64,000 bases of DNA from Styela clava (lineage: Eukaryota), in contig NC_135261.1 of the NCBI RefSeq assembly GCF_964204865.1, forward strand, positions 18,104,001 through 18,168,000, given 5' to 3'. The notes under the pieces were generated by a model, which did not search any database, was not told where the DNA came from, and saw only the letters and a program-made list of their open reading frames with translations. Position 1 is the stretch's first letter. Each line of letters opens with the position of its first letter. This document shows positions 25,101-40,100 of the stretch, piece after piece. The position numbers were made by a program, and so were the translations under genes.

Positions 25101-28100
25101 AGTTGCAAAAATGATTGCCGGCGGGAGTTTCAAGTTGTTTATTAATAGTATAGTATTATGGTCTATACATTATTCAGCGACGCGGAATTATGGAGAATAA
25201 ATTTTGCGTGCGTTTAGTAAATCATACTCGTAAACAGCCTCGCATAGTCACTGAACCCTTCATGAACCAAAAACAATCCAAAATATAAACTCTGAATAAA
25301 GACCAAGAACTGGAGTTAAATAAACAGAATTATATCACCTTTGATAAGATATGTAATATGCGATACGAAAATGATTTTAAAAATCGTTTTTTTTATTAAT
25401 TGTTCGCGCAATGATTTGCGTGTTATTATCATATTGACTTTTAAAAACGGCGCAATTAAAATATTAATATTATATATGTAGCGACTTAATTGTTGTCAAA
25501 GAATGTTTTTAATCTTAAGTTAAGTATAATTTTTAGAAAATATCGGAATCCATCAAACACCGACACACTCGCAATTATATCTTATTATATACCAGTCTCA
25601 ATTTCTGAAAAATAAAACAACACTAGTTACAGCACTGCAGATATCCAGTCGTTCATAGACGATGTTCGCAAAATGTTAACCTTGAAATACTAACTAAAAC
25701 GGAAATAGAATAAACTATGACCGCAAGGATTTTCTTCAACCCAGCAATTAAAATTTTTGACCGTGATGTGACGTCACAATTATCCCAGAATCGGTTAAGT
25801 ATGCCGTGCTGTCGTCCGCTGAATTTCTCGGTCCGTGCTGTGACGTCACAATTATCCCGCAATCGGTTGAATCGTGCCGTCGTCCGCTGAGTTTCTCCGA
25901 TTTTTGTGGAATTTTTACAAAGTGTTAATTGTTTTGTATCAACAATAGGCCCTCGCAGTTTTGTAAATAAATTGTCAAGTTGGATATAATCTATATTCGA
26001 TCATAGGCGAATATTTTATTTTAATCGTGTTTCTCGCGTGTAAGGCAACTAGCTGGTAATTAGTTTCAAATGTTTATATACATATAATTAATACAGCACG
26101 ATTTGGGGATACTGCGAAAATTTGAAGTCGTTTTTTCCCCGAAGTTGAACTCCTGGTGTATGTCGGCCTTTTCGGAGAATTTCTAATCTTTTTCCTGTAT
26201 ACGAAACTCGTTTGGTTTGTTAAATAATTTACGGATTAGAACAATGCTTTTCGTAGATTAATGCTAGTTTCGAATATACACGAATAATGATATTGATGAC
26301 TTTGTACATTTTGAGCTTAGAACTCAAGTTTCGGGCGTACAGATGTAACTTTTCTTTTAAATCAAAGTAAAGTCGATTTCAATACTAAATCATTCCAATT
26401 TCAAGTTTTTTTGTGTTATCTGCACCAAAAATAAAATCACTCAACAACAAATTTTGAACATTTTTTGAAAAAAATAAAATAAAAATACGAAAAACATGCG
26501 CATAAACACAACTTCTGGATTCTTGAAGCACTCTTGCAAAAACCACAAATTGCCTACTTGAAAGAAAAATGTAAGGAGAAATAACATCGAACATTTTCAT
26601 TGGTATGTATGTGCTCATTCGAGAAAAATAAAACAATTGGAAATGGCATAAATGCACGCGCTATGTGGTCAGGCGGCACTTCAGTTTCGTCTGCAGATTA
26701 ACAAGTATCGAAATTATAAGAATTGATTCTGGTTAAGTATGTGTCATTAATGAATTGCAACACCTAACGTGGCCCACCTATATCACGCACATGCCAAAGA
26801 ATATCTTTCAAGTATAAACCACACATGTTTCATGCATTAACTTATTGTATATGTTAGCGAATATATGAAAAATTCTTATGCTATCATTTTCGGATAAAAT
26901 ACCAGATGTTCGATTTTCCTAAAAATCATATTTAGATACTAGTAGATAATCTCTTGATTTTCTAATTTTGTCGAAAAACGGGATTGTCAAAATTTGTTTA
27001 TAAATAGTAATAAATTGATTACCTCTTGAGAGAAGTCTCTTCTATAGAAACCTTAAGAGTTGCTAAGTTGTGCAATGAAGTCATATTCCCTTGGCAGGTC
27101 GCTGCTCCCGTCGGAATTCAGATTAGAGTTGCAATAACAACATGTGCTTCTTTTAGTCGATTATAACACGAAGTTTGGCGCTTTCAAACTACGCCATCAT
27201 ACCTTGCAGTGTTTCAATAACTTGTTTTTCTTCCCGTAATTTCGTACCAGTATCCACCGAAAGGTCGTCAAGCTTACGGTAACTTGACAGTTGCCAGAAT
27301 TAACGCGTTTAAAATTATAACAAACTCAATTTTTTTGATTAAAGATAGGTTGCTGAATTTTAGCTACAATAGAAGGTTTTCATGTTAATATATTGTTTAT
27401 TTTTGTAGGTTCGCAAAACTTCAATTATTCTGATATTTTACAGCTTGGTACCGAAGTTGTGAACAAAGATATGGCAACACCAGTTATCAAAGACAACACC
27501 GTATCTGGAGAAGAAACTTGTTTGAATCAGTGCGGAGAAGAAAACGATTGTTATTCAGCCGATTCACAGGGACAGGAAAGACAGCATTGTTGGGGCCACA
27601 AAGTTTGCCAAAAACGTAAGTTATGTGCAGTTTTAGTTCGTTTTGGTAGACGAGAATTGTTTATGTTGGGGAGGTCCCGAAGACTGCATTTTCTTAGGAA
27701 TGATTTTATGTGTGTCTTGATTATGAGGCTGCATTTGTGAAAAAAATTGTATATAGGCAACTATGCATTATTTTAATATTTTTAATGTAACTTCGATTTT
27801 CCAATAGGTCAGAGCTCACGATCTTATTTATAACAAACTTTCGCAAAAGAGTAAAATGCTTGCACTAAAGGTGTTGATGAACTCGTTTGCTGCTATTTTT
27901 AAATCACTTAAAATACTTAAAATTATGTGTTAGTTAATGAAGAAGTTCCGCCAACTTTATTAGAAAAACTAGTAAATCAAATATTGAAAATAACAGGAAA
28001 AATGCAATTATTTTAACATTTTAATTTTAATTATAGATCAGGTTGTTTATTGGAATAAATTAACCTGTTATATACTAATCCCAAATCGCATAGCGTAAAT

Positions 28101-31100
28101 ACTGTGGAATTTTTTAATTGCGACTCTCAGGGTTAAGTCATTGTTACAAGTGCTCGATTAATTATTCCACTCTAGCCACGGAGAGTTAGCCGTAGGCTAC
28201 GTTTTCACTCGCAGACGAAAAAACAATTTGGTGGTCTCAATCCAAATTTGAATTTTTATAAACTTTTCGATTTGAAGTACGAGAAAATTTGAGTTCTTTT
28301 GTCATCCGCAATATTTATAGCTTTTTCGAATTAAAATCCTAGATATTTCCATATTTTATTAAATTTGTAAAAATATGTATATTCCAAATTGTATTTTTGA
28401 TCTAAATTGAGTATATTTAAGAGCAAAAATATTGTTTTACCAATGAACTTGCCGCCATAAAAACACATAGATCAAAGCAGTTCGACTCTTTTATCTGACA
28501 CAAATCAGCAGACGCAAATACGTTTTTATATGAATCATTAAATTTTAATACTCCCTTAACAGTCGACAACCCTTGGGTATCGATCTTCAATTTCTGTATT
28601 ATGTGTCCAAATGGCCGCGCAAGCCTTTTAATTCTCATTGACCCTAAATCTGTATATGGTTTTTGATGATAGTTTAAAGTTGACCTGTATAACATTATTA
28701 CAATCTGTATTTTGTTTATTGTAAGTTTCTCAGACATATCTATTTCGAATAAAGGTTATTTTCACATAATGCCCATATTAGAAGAAGCTGTATATCTAAA
28801 TATTCAAAAATTTCAGATGTAACAGAAACCCTCTGTTACATCAGCTTCAAAAAAAGTGCAGTACGTTTCTCCTATTTTCAAATGAACAAAAGTAGCATTT
28901 TACTGCGTTTTTTTCCCTGGAAATATTTCTTTCTTCAATTTTTTTTCTGTAAAACCAATCATTTGACACAAATAGCTTGTTGTAGTGAGTACATACGACT
29001 GCGCCTTTTTGGCATTTAAATCGCAAGGTACAGAACGATTGTCTATTTTTATTCGTGACGGACAAGCCTTCAAATGATGTTAAAAATGAGTCATTATGTT
29101 GCAGCCGCTGAGACTGGATTGATCCGGATTTATTCGGTTTCTACTTAGCAATTTTCTTGTTTTCTTTTTGCACTGAACTCTTTTAATTATCACCTGAGTC
29201 AAATGTCGTGGATATTTGCGGCATGAGAACTACTTGAACGATCCAACAGCCGCTTTAAAAAAATATATCCACTTTTCAGCATATTGTTTTGCTATAATTT
29301 AACCATATTCAACTAAATTGACATTCTTTATCAAAGCCAAACCACGCATATAGTCTAAAATATTCCAAAGTTACCAACCTACACATCACGACCTGACAGC
29401 GTCTTCTTGTCATAGTTACAGCATAAACTCAATTTCATATGAAGCTTTGTTTATTTTCAGTTATCTCGCGATTTTCGACATTTACTTTCGATAATGTCGC
29501 TCATGATAGCGTGGGGAACGTTGTTTTGACAGAAAGGTTGAATACATTGTTCATTCAAATCTGCGAAACGATTTATCGGATTTTCGCCTCGTCGAGCGAT
29601 AAAAGGTGTGCACGGAATGAACAGACTTTATAATTTTGAAATTCGATTATTTCCATACGAGTACATTGCCAATTCTAATTTAAGAAAAATTAGTCTTGGA
29701 TTATTTATCGTACTGTCATCGGATCTGAAAATCAATATAGTTGGCGATACGGAATATCAGCCTATTTTTAGTGTGTCTTTTAGTTATTATTCTGGGCGCT
29801 CCAGAGGCGTGTGTACCAATATGGAGGTAACTAATTTTGTTCGCCTATTTCACATCAAGTTGTGTAAAGAGACTGAAACCTATGGGCAGGGGGTGTATTC
29901 ATTTGGCTAACACAGACAGTCCCGAACTCGTAATAGAACTAAAACAAGAAATATCTGAATAAAACTATGGCCTCACGCTAACGAGGTACACACACTACTG
30001 GAGTACCCTATCCTGGGCGCGGTGGCTTAGTGGTAGTGGTTAAAACGTTGTACTTACCTATGATGAGAATCAAATCCCATGCCTACCACCTGTAATAAAT
30101 TATAGGCAGTGCCGATCTGGTAAGATTCCAGACTTCCCAAATAAAAAGTCTTCTTTCATATTATTGGCCTCTTGTGCGAGGCCTTAATCGAAGAGAAAAG
30201 AGTAGAAATACGTCATATAAAAGTATTGGTTTTGTCAGTTTCTAGAATTCGAAGAAATTGTTAGTTGTTAACAATTTCGGCCGATGGTTATTTCATTCCA
30301 TATAATTTCATTTAAAAATGCTAGTATATACTGTAGAATCTGTAGATCTTCAAATACTAAAGATCCTTAGTTGCGCCTTTTAGGTCACGATTCATCAGTG
30401 CCCCCCATATGTTGTCGCTTTTATTAGGATGATTACATACTACTTCATTTTATTGCCGTGATTCACAAATACGTCGATTCTCATTTGTTTAATAGGATTA
30501 CTGTTCATCCCAGTCCAGTATCATTATTACTCATTAATACCGCAAATTGTTTCCTCTAAGTATGAGACAACAGTTTCCAACAACTGCCACCCATGTTGCT
30601 AAAAAAATGTTGAATATTTTCTCGGCTCAGAGGCCAAAGGAATTCGTAAATTGAATACGGTTTTTCAGCTTTATCATAACAATTAGGCTGTAATTATAAC
30701 ACGAGTGTAGAGTTTTATGCAAAATTCGGAAAAGTATCATGTGTTGGACCATAATGGACTATAATCACAAGTTAAATATTTGGGGTTTGGGTCCTGATCA
30801 TCCCGAGTCTCCATTTATAGTACCCTTCGTATAACACGGAGTGCGATTATGTATGCCCCCCCCCCCCCCAAAAAAAAAAAAAATATATATATAGCAGTAC
30901 ATATTCGTACTATATTGCTTCGCTTAAGACAAAAGTTCTGAAATATATTATATGTAAAACTGTGTGTATATTCGTAATACGTACTGTACGCTAGTAGTTG
31001 TTATCGATTAGTATTCGGGAAATATTTGTCTCTGTCAAAATATTTCGGAAATTCTGTTTCCTTTGTCTCCTATGGCATTTGCAATTATACCATTGTTTTC

Positions 31101-34100
31101 AATGAAGCTCACGCCGAAACCTTGAATCATACAGGGAATTCTACGAGATGTTTTGTTCTCTAATGCTTATACAGAAATTAGGTACTGTTAAATGGTGGAT
31201 ATTGCAGGCCTGTTTTGGGATAATTAAGCGAAATATTGAGCTAAATAGATAATAGTTGAAGCTTGCTCTTGGCATATTATGTATTATGCATAGTTGCCCA
31301 ATCGACATGAATAAATTACTCCTAAATTTGTTGACTTTGGTTTGCTAGGTGGTGCAATATTACTTTGATTGCAGATTATTTAAACAAAGCAGACTTGGGG
31401 TATTGACAAAGTTGAGTTCGCAGAGCTAAGTTGTTTGTGTTCATGCACGACACCACCTACTCAATAACTCTTTGTTTCGATTAATTTTATGTAGTTTTTA
31501 ACAGTGTTTGTATAGATATCGGAACCCCAGTATCCTGTTTACTACGTTTTGCAGCTCAAATTACAAATTATTCTTTGTATTCAGAAGATTTTTTTATGAA
31601 TGGCACGCTTTCTACATCACACACGTTTAAGACGCAAACAAGTTGAAACGAGTCTCCTTGAAAAAAAATTTCATACATTCATGCACGGATGGGTGTTTAA
31701 TCCTAGACATCGATCCAATATCCATGTTTGATATAAAATTTCCTGTTTTGTTAGGACGATATAAAGCGTGCGTGAAACAACGCACAGCAGCAGGATAAAA
31801 CGTTTGAAATACAGCTTGTTGATTCCGCCAATTAAACAGAAAATTTTCCTTTTTTTTTTCTTCTTTTATCCTTTATATAAAAATCAAATTCAAAAAGATA
31901 TTCACATAAAAGACATGAAATTGTATTGAATTTTCGGTTAATTAAAATTGAATGGTTCTGGACTCTACTGAATGGATATCAATTTTATATATATCGGGTT
32001 TCCCAAAATAAATGAAACCCGCAAAATTGCTATTCGTTGTTGTGGGTTTCATTTATTTTGGGATATATCAGTATTTAACAGGTTTTATTGAAACTGGTTC
32101 GCAACTTTCACGATATGATCAAAATATTCCATGATATACTGGAAAGTTTAGGTACCTTTAACAATTAATAATTATTATCATATTCATTCTAAATCATTTC
32201 ACGTCATCATCACCATTGTCAACATTTTATCACGCGCGTCAAAGTTCAGTGTCGCAAATTAATTCAATTGAATAGGTTGATACTTCTTTTGAATATATTT
32301 CAGAGTATCAAATAATTAATCTGGGTACTATCCAGGTGCTGATATGTGGGTGGGTTAATAATAGAATTGTGCCCCCGAGTGTGCGAATATATCCGTCGAT
32401 GATCAGTTATATCCACACTTATGTAAAATTCTCAATAGTATTGAATTTTAGAATGAGAAAACCGCATTTTTTGTAGCATTGTGTGGTCATAAGACCAAAA
32501 AAATGTACTTTTGAATGAAGATTGGTAATTGCACGAATTGCATTGAAATTATTACATTATGTTTGTAACCACATTTTTAGACATTGATTGTCTTCAATAT
32601 GGTGCAATGTCACGGCAATGTCAATTGATTTGAAAAACAAACAGGAAGATTTGAAATCGGTTTTATGTGGGTTAGCAAGCTTAAATTCTTAGAATTTAAT
32701 TGTTTCATTCCATGAAATACGTTACAGCTTGCATTGTTTGCTCAAGGTGTCCGTGGTTATACGCGATCATGCATCACCAAGTGAACAGTCGTACCAACAG
32801 TTACAAAAGGCTTCCTCGAGGTGTCCGCGGTTATACGCGGCCGAGCATGACCTAGTGAACAGTCCTACAATAATAATTAATTACCAAAAAAAAAATGACA
32901 ACCATGAAATCACCGAAGTGGGAGGCGAATAAATCTCTCATAGTTTTCCTCACAAATTTACTTAAAATAGGAAATCATATGTTCCCCACGCTCTCCCCAA
33001 ACAAGGCTTTGGGCAAAGAGTCACTAATCTTTAAAAATATGTGTTTGGGAGTAGTTTTTACAAAAAAAAAAATTTTAATTTTTTTGTTTGTTAGTATGGA
33101 ATAATTGATTATTAATTATATTAACCTAACCCTTAACCCAAGGATGACAGGGTTAGGACCTTCTATGAGAATGTTCTCAATGAGATTAAACGATTGAGAT
33201 CTCGTTGAACAGAGTAGTTTTATGACGCCGATATCACATACCGACCGATTCACATGGCACCGATTCAACTTTATAAGTATAAAGTTTGATTCTGGTCCTA
33301 GTGATCAATAAAGCTTAATGGTGATAACGGATGAAAACAAACGAAATCTGGCTATGTAACATTCTATTGTGGCAGTGAACATTAAAATATTTTTGCTTTC
33401 CGATTTTGTTATAAATACATAAAAAGTTTCATAGTCGAGTGATTATTAGGAATATATACATCGCAGTACAATCGAAAACGAAATTTTCGCTCTCGATCAA
33501 TTTTTTCATCTAAAGCTAAATTTGTTGTTTTGCAAGGAATACGTTTTCCAATGGTTCCGAACCGCGAACTCTTCGTGATGACTTGCGCGGGTGACACGAG
33601 CGTATAAATGATTCAAATTGTATATCCTTAAAAACAGACTCCTTTAAATAAGTCGTAAACAAGTCTTTGGATTCATGTTTTTAATTCAATCAAACTCGGG
33701 ACGCGCTAGTTATCATTCGTTTTATTAATAATCAAGCATGATCGAATATAAAAAAATTTATTCTCAGCAAAATACATGCCGTAAATTAGTCGTAAACATT
33801 GTACTTCTAGGAAAGTTATTCTGAATCATTTGCATGTGGCCTCAGATATTCTGGCAACATCGACATAAATATTTTTTAAATTTCCTGTGCTTCCAGTTGA
33901 AACTGTTTTGGATATTTTGTACAAATCCCCGGCAACGCTTAAGAAAACAATAAGAAAATTAATAATTATCCAGATAGTGTTAAGAATGCAAATTGCGGTG
34001 GAAATTCCAATTTTCAAATCATTCCTAATTGCAAGTTTTTCATTTTAAAACGTGGCTGGTGCTTTTTTTTTCAAATCCTACATTTTTGTCTTAGTGGCGG

Positions 34101-37100
34101 AGGATTTTAACAAAAGATCCAATGTTACAATACAGGATTTTCATAAAGTCCCGTTGCAATCAAAATTTTGTTATGAAGTCATTTCTTAGTATATCTTAAT
34201 CAAATTTATTTTATTTTAAACAGTGCGTAGTTAACTTTTTTACTTCATTCGTTACACCTTTATAGGCTCATTATTAGTTGCACGAAGGATATCAAAATTT
34301 CTTAACATAATATAATACAGGACTTTATGAACGCACTGTAAAACTTTGTTTTTTGTAAATATACCCATTTCACTTTTAAATTTCGATTTAATTTAGTCGT
34401 ATTTCGATATTTATTAACTGTCGTAATTAGAGTATTCATATTTTTAGCTTTTCAATGACTAATAAACAGTACGGTCGATTTCTATCACCTAAGGGTGTCT
34501 GATTATGAAGGCAAAAATTTCCATAACTTCATCACGTGTATTGTTACGTCATTGTCTATGGAAGTTACTCAGTAATTTGAGTCGTTTTTATTTAGGTATT
34601 TTTCAAATCCTTCGGAAAAAATCGATTAATTTAACTATACTGTACCTCTTAGATCAAATTTTGTGGTACAGTGCGTATTATTTCAGTCCTATTGTTTAAA
34701 AATCAACATATTATCTTGGCCCGCTTTCTTATGACGCAATATAGGTGACGTCATGTATTTATTATGAAAAACAAACAACTTTTCTCCGACGGAAATTTAC
34801 TTGTCACGACTTTAGTTGATCGTGAGGGTATGTGTAGATTATAATACCTAACGAACCACAATTACAGAATATTAAATTAGTTGAAATAACTGACATTTCA
34901 ATGTCAATGTCATTCCATTTTAGGACTGATTGTGTTACTGGTTCGAAAAACTTCGTTACGGACATCTATACATGTTCTAATCGAGATTCCGGCAAGTGTT
35001 TTGAGGCGACGCGTAAGCAATGTAAAATGTAGGTGTTTTAGAAACTCAAAAATAAAATTGTTGGTTTCAAGACACCCAGGAATACCTATGTTGTTACCAC
35101 GAGCTCTTTCCGGAATAGGTACCTATTGCATTCGGCTGATTTATTTGAAAAAAAATATTATTTAGTATGGCCATCAATAATTTAAACATTAATTATTGAT
35201 TTTGCTTTCAAATAGAATCAAATTCAGAATTGAGAATTAAAAAAAGTCAATCGCTTTATTCATAAAGCCAATTTGCATATTTCATCGTATAAAATTGTGC
35301 TTATTTAGGAATTGAAAATCTTAAATTGGCATTCGTAGGATTAGAATTCCTCGGAACCTATTCACACGTCAACTAAAAATACTGAATACTTTCTAAAAGA
35401 AAGCGTTTGAGCGTTTAGTCACAATGAAAAATATTCTGTGGTCGGCTCTAGTTGAAGGCGGCAGTTTGATCCTTCACCACCACTAATTGTCTGATCTCGT
35501 TCTGCTTAGGTTTGGATGAGCACAGCGTTTTCCCCCATTTTTCGCGGTTTATTTTAGAGCAGTGGTTCCCAAACCGCGGCCCACTGCCGATTACGGCCCG
35601 CGAAAGCACGTGTATATTCGTCACAATTCAATTATACCGATATCTTATTCATACGTATCGGTGCCGGTATCGCGATTTGTACGCGAACCTACAGAAGGCA
35701 TCCAATTCGGTATTTTAGCTCAATAGAGTAAAGACTAGTTGTGAATTTACGAATATTAATGGTATGGTAACTCTTATCACGGCATGAAGTCCATTTAGAG
35801 AAAAAATTTATGCACCAAATCGGGAGCTCTCGATTCACTTTCCATGTTATAAATATACGTTTCTGTACGTTATATATAAATTATATATCTGATTATTTAT
35901 TTATATTATCTATTTATGGATTTATAATATTTCGTTTTATTTCGTTTGATCAATTTATTATCACAGAGAATATTCGATTTTTGTAGTCAATGCTAACTAA
36001 GGTAAGATTTCTGTGGTTTATTTTTTGATCAAAAATTATTGCAGGGTTCGATTGGGGTGAATATTTCTTATCAGGATGACACCCCAGTCAAGCGGGTGGG
36101 TGTGGAAGGGTCAATATGCGCATCCGACGTTTAAAAATATTGATGGCTTCACTTCAAAGAGGGTGAATTAGTCACGTGCTTAATCTAAACCAATACTCGA
36201 TGATTCGAAGTAAATTATGACGTCGTATAAATATTTAAACAAACCTAAAACTAAATGAGGTCGTTTCGGGTCGTGATAAACTATGATAACCCAAAAAATG
36301 ATGATTTCAGGGGAATGGGAATTATTCAATTTTCATTCCTACGTTTTATTTAATATACAGCACTCAGTAGGCGAATTACTGTATGTTATTTATCGAATGT
36401 CCCATATGATATTGATATACAGGGTGTTTATAAAGTTCTGTTACCCTTTCAATTTCGTTATGGAGTCAGTTCTAAATATAACTCAACCAGGTTAGTTTTA
36501 TTTTAATCACTGTTTTTCAAGGTGTTCACATAATTTAACACACTGTTATGGGTACACTCGAAGTATGTGAACCAAGATGGCGGACACCGAAACGTAGTAT
36601 GTGTACCAGGTTAGGGTTAGGTCATAATTTTATTCATATTTCATTTTAATTCTATTACGAGTTCGGAGACTAGCCAAGTGGCCTAACCCTAACCTGGTAC
36701 ACATACTACGTTTCGGTGTCCGCCATCTTGGTTCACATACTTCTAGAGTACCCCTGTGTGTAACCTCCAATAGTTACACGGAGCCCACCAAAGTTTTTTT
36801 TATTTAATTTGGTAAAGGACTTTATAAACACCTTGTATTTTATGTAACCAAGTTTTATGCGCATGCCAATTCTTGCTTCGTATTGAATAACTGCCTCCGG
36901 CTAATTATGGAAATACGATTTGTCCCCTTTTGAAACGCTTTATTTTTTTTCATAATCGAAATTTATTTTTTTGCGAATTTTGGCCCAAAATAGAAAAAAT
37001 GCTAGAAAATTATGATTCTGTAATTTCGTACAAAAAATATTCGGAATCATCCGATTTTATTACTCATACCACGATTAGATTTCATAAACAAATTTGAATC

Positions 37101-40100
37101 GAATGTTTATCACTGGTTCATGCTTGATCTAGTGAGATCATGTTGTCTTTTTATGTTATTTTGTTTCGAATAAATATTTCAGTTCACGAATAAGTGTGGT
37201 CCATGAATGGTTCACGCTTTGTAATGAATCTTATTTCATGCTTGGGTGATTATAGTCACGTGGTACATTTCAGATTCGGAAAACAAGTCTGTATCGGTTG
37301 GAAAACATCTGACTAATTTATTTTCGTCGTTTGAAGAAACATAAAAACAAGCTTACTCAAAATTTGAGTAAAAGCTTTAGGAAAACATAAAATCGAGGAT
37401 TTGTTAGGTTTAGAGTTTTCGTGAAATTGAATAATTTTGACTTGAATAGTGTGCTTCGAAACACGTACTGGACCACTTTAAGGTTAGGATACCTCCCGCT
37501 GTGACGTTTTTGTGACTGCGTCATTTCTTTAATCGTGAATCATCCAATCACAGCGTGGTCTTGGCTGTGATTCAATCAACCGCAGTTTAGGAAAAAAAGA
37601 GAAACGAATAATTCACTTTGTACGTAATTCGATATAAGTCAATGATTAATGCAGCTTAACTATGCATGGATGAGCATTAAAAAGCAGGAAAATTTACATT
37701 CAAGACAATGTGCTACCCACAGTTTCGTTTATGTCGTTTATCCTATTAAAATTGACGTCGATGGTGACTCATCTATAATCGGTGCTTTTTAGTGACCATC
37801 GACGCCATTTTGTATCCAACATCAAATAGTTTCGTCGCATTATTTTTTCGTAGATCGTTCAAATTTCCTTGTCTTTAATTAAAACTGGTTAGAAAAATTG
37901 GCGGTAATGACACCCACGAATTTAATTACCGGTTAGAGGCGAGTTTTCGTCTTTTAGGAATAACAACTTCGAAGTTTGAATTTTTTCTTCACGTGATATC
38001 AAATGATGATTGAACTTCGAACTGATTTTGTCGCCATTTTGTGTCGCCATTTTAATAAATTTAATATACAGTATAATAAACCAAATTGTATCATAAATCT
38101 GAAAGGTTAATCTGAATTTTTTCTTTAAAATTTCAGAGCTTGTTGCGATGTTTGTCCCATTTTAAATATTGGCGCTCCAGAAGTGTGTGTACCAAAATGG
38201 AGGGAACTAATTTTGTTCGCCTACTTTACATCAAGTTGTGTAGAAGGACTGAAACCCATGGGCAAGGGGTATATTCACTTGGCTAACACAAACAGTCCCC
38301 GAACTCGTAATAGAATTAAAATAAGGAAGATCGAAATAAAATTATGCCCTAATCTGGTACACACACTACAGGAGTACCCAAATATCAGTATCAAGTATTG
38401 ATTCTAGATTGTTTTGTTTCCGTGTTCGCCTACGACAAGCCTATGAGCGATTTGTCCGTTCGTTCGTTTGTTGGTCTGTTAAATGTATCGTTCAGAATTT
38501 TTTGGTGAAGAATATTTTGAATTTTTTTGCCATTCCATTCTCATCAAAATCCAAGACTAAGTTATAATTAGTTTTTTTTATATAAATTATGTGCATGGCA
38601 ATTTTATCTCTATTATTGAAATTTTATTAGGATCGTGTGTCTTACAGCAGCTTATCTTGCGAAAACATGGAATCTTTCTCTATCAAAATGGGGAAAGTAG
38701 TGATTGTATTTCCATAACTATTTCACAAGCAATTTACAACTTCTATGAATCTTTTTTTAATAATTATGAAGAAATCTTGCTGGCTTTATCCGCGGAACAC
38801 CTGAGAATCTCTCGCGGCACACTAGTGTGCAACGGCACAAACACTGCTCTACATTCTAAAATAGGAATTTAATAATAATCATGATGAGTAGAATGCCGAT
38901 AAGACGGCTTATTAATATGACTGGCGACCCTCCTCTTATCGCACGGAAAGCACCAGAAGAAAATATTTTGTAAATTCGCACAAAAAAAAAATTTGCAATT
39001 TTGAAACTTTTTGATCGAGAAAACAATTAAATTTTATTTAAATAATTTTGTTGCTTTATCACATTTTAGAAGAATCATAGGTCGAAACTCTTTTAATGTC
39101 CATTACTTAAATGAGTTTTACCAACCACCCGGGAGGTAATTACTAATTAGACGTTGTATCCTGTATAATTGCCACTGATTCTACAATACTCGGACATTGG
39201 CTACGTGACAAACAGGGCTTTTTCTGTAACTTTTTTCAGAACTCAATTTGTCAGAAATTCCAATTCTTTTTGAAGATTTTTGGAAATTAAAATTTGTAAA
39301 TTTGTTGAATTAAAAATATTGTGAATATTTGGGAATAAATTGGATTGTGTTGGCTTCTAGTGTAGGGTTCATTTGTTGGCCATGGAGAGTTGAATTTATT
39401 GAATTAGCAATTTTTTATACCACACTTATTCGGACTACAAGTAGTAAATGTGTCTAACGATGTGTAAGGAGCTAGAATTATTTGACAGCAACCGGAATCT
39501 TTCCGGTTTGGCCTTGCCTACTCAATTTGTTAACCCCTTGGGCTTGGGATTTGAACCCGAAATGTTCCTCCTGCGATGCCAATACTTTGGTATTTGTATG
39601 CGATGCGATGCCAATACTTTGCCAATACGTCGATTCTTAATAATGCAATATTGTTGTCAATTTTATCTTCTCAAAATTGTGGGGTGGGACTAAAAAAAAT
39701 TTCCATTTATTACTTTGGGCTTATGGTAGGATATTGCTAGGTCCTGGGTCAGGGGTGGGCAACCCCTGGCACGCGTGCCAAATTTTTCGGCATTCGCGAG
39801 CGAAGCTTCAAAAACGGGATCATTCCCGTTCAGAAAAAAAGTTTTTAGACTCTGAATTATCTGATGAAACTCGGTGTTCGTTTATTCATTATCGTTCGTT
39901 AACAATCAGTTATTCGTTTGAATTAAACTATTTTTGTCTTTTCATGACATATGGCTACAAAGAAATATATTATGACGTAACAACTGAGTGAGATTTCGAC
40001 GAATTTTGTCGAGAAGAACGCAGATTCATTTGACTACATTGTTACGTGATATAGTTCGTTTGTGCCACCCTTTTTCTTCATTTCTGATTTATTTATGAAG

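Noticed and set aside
27409-27443. Upstream acceptor (tttgtag) extending exon 5
   Set aside because: It is out of phase with the phase-0 donor of exon 4; 27444 fits
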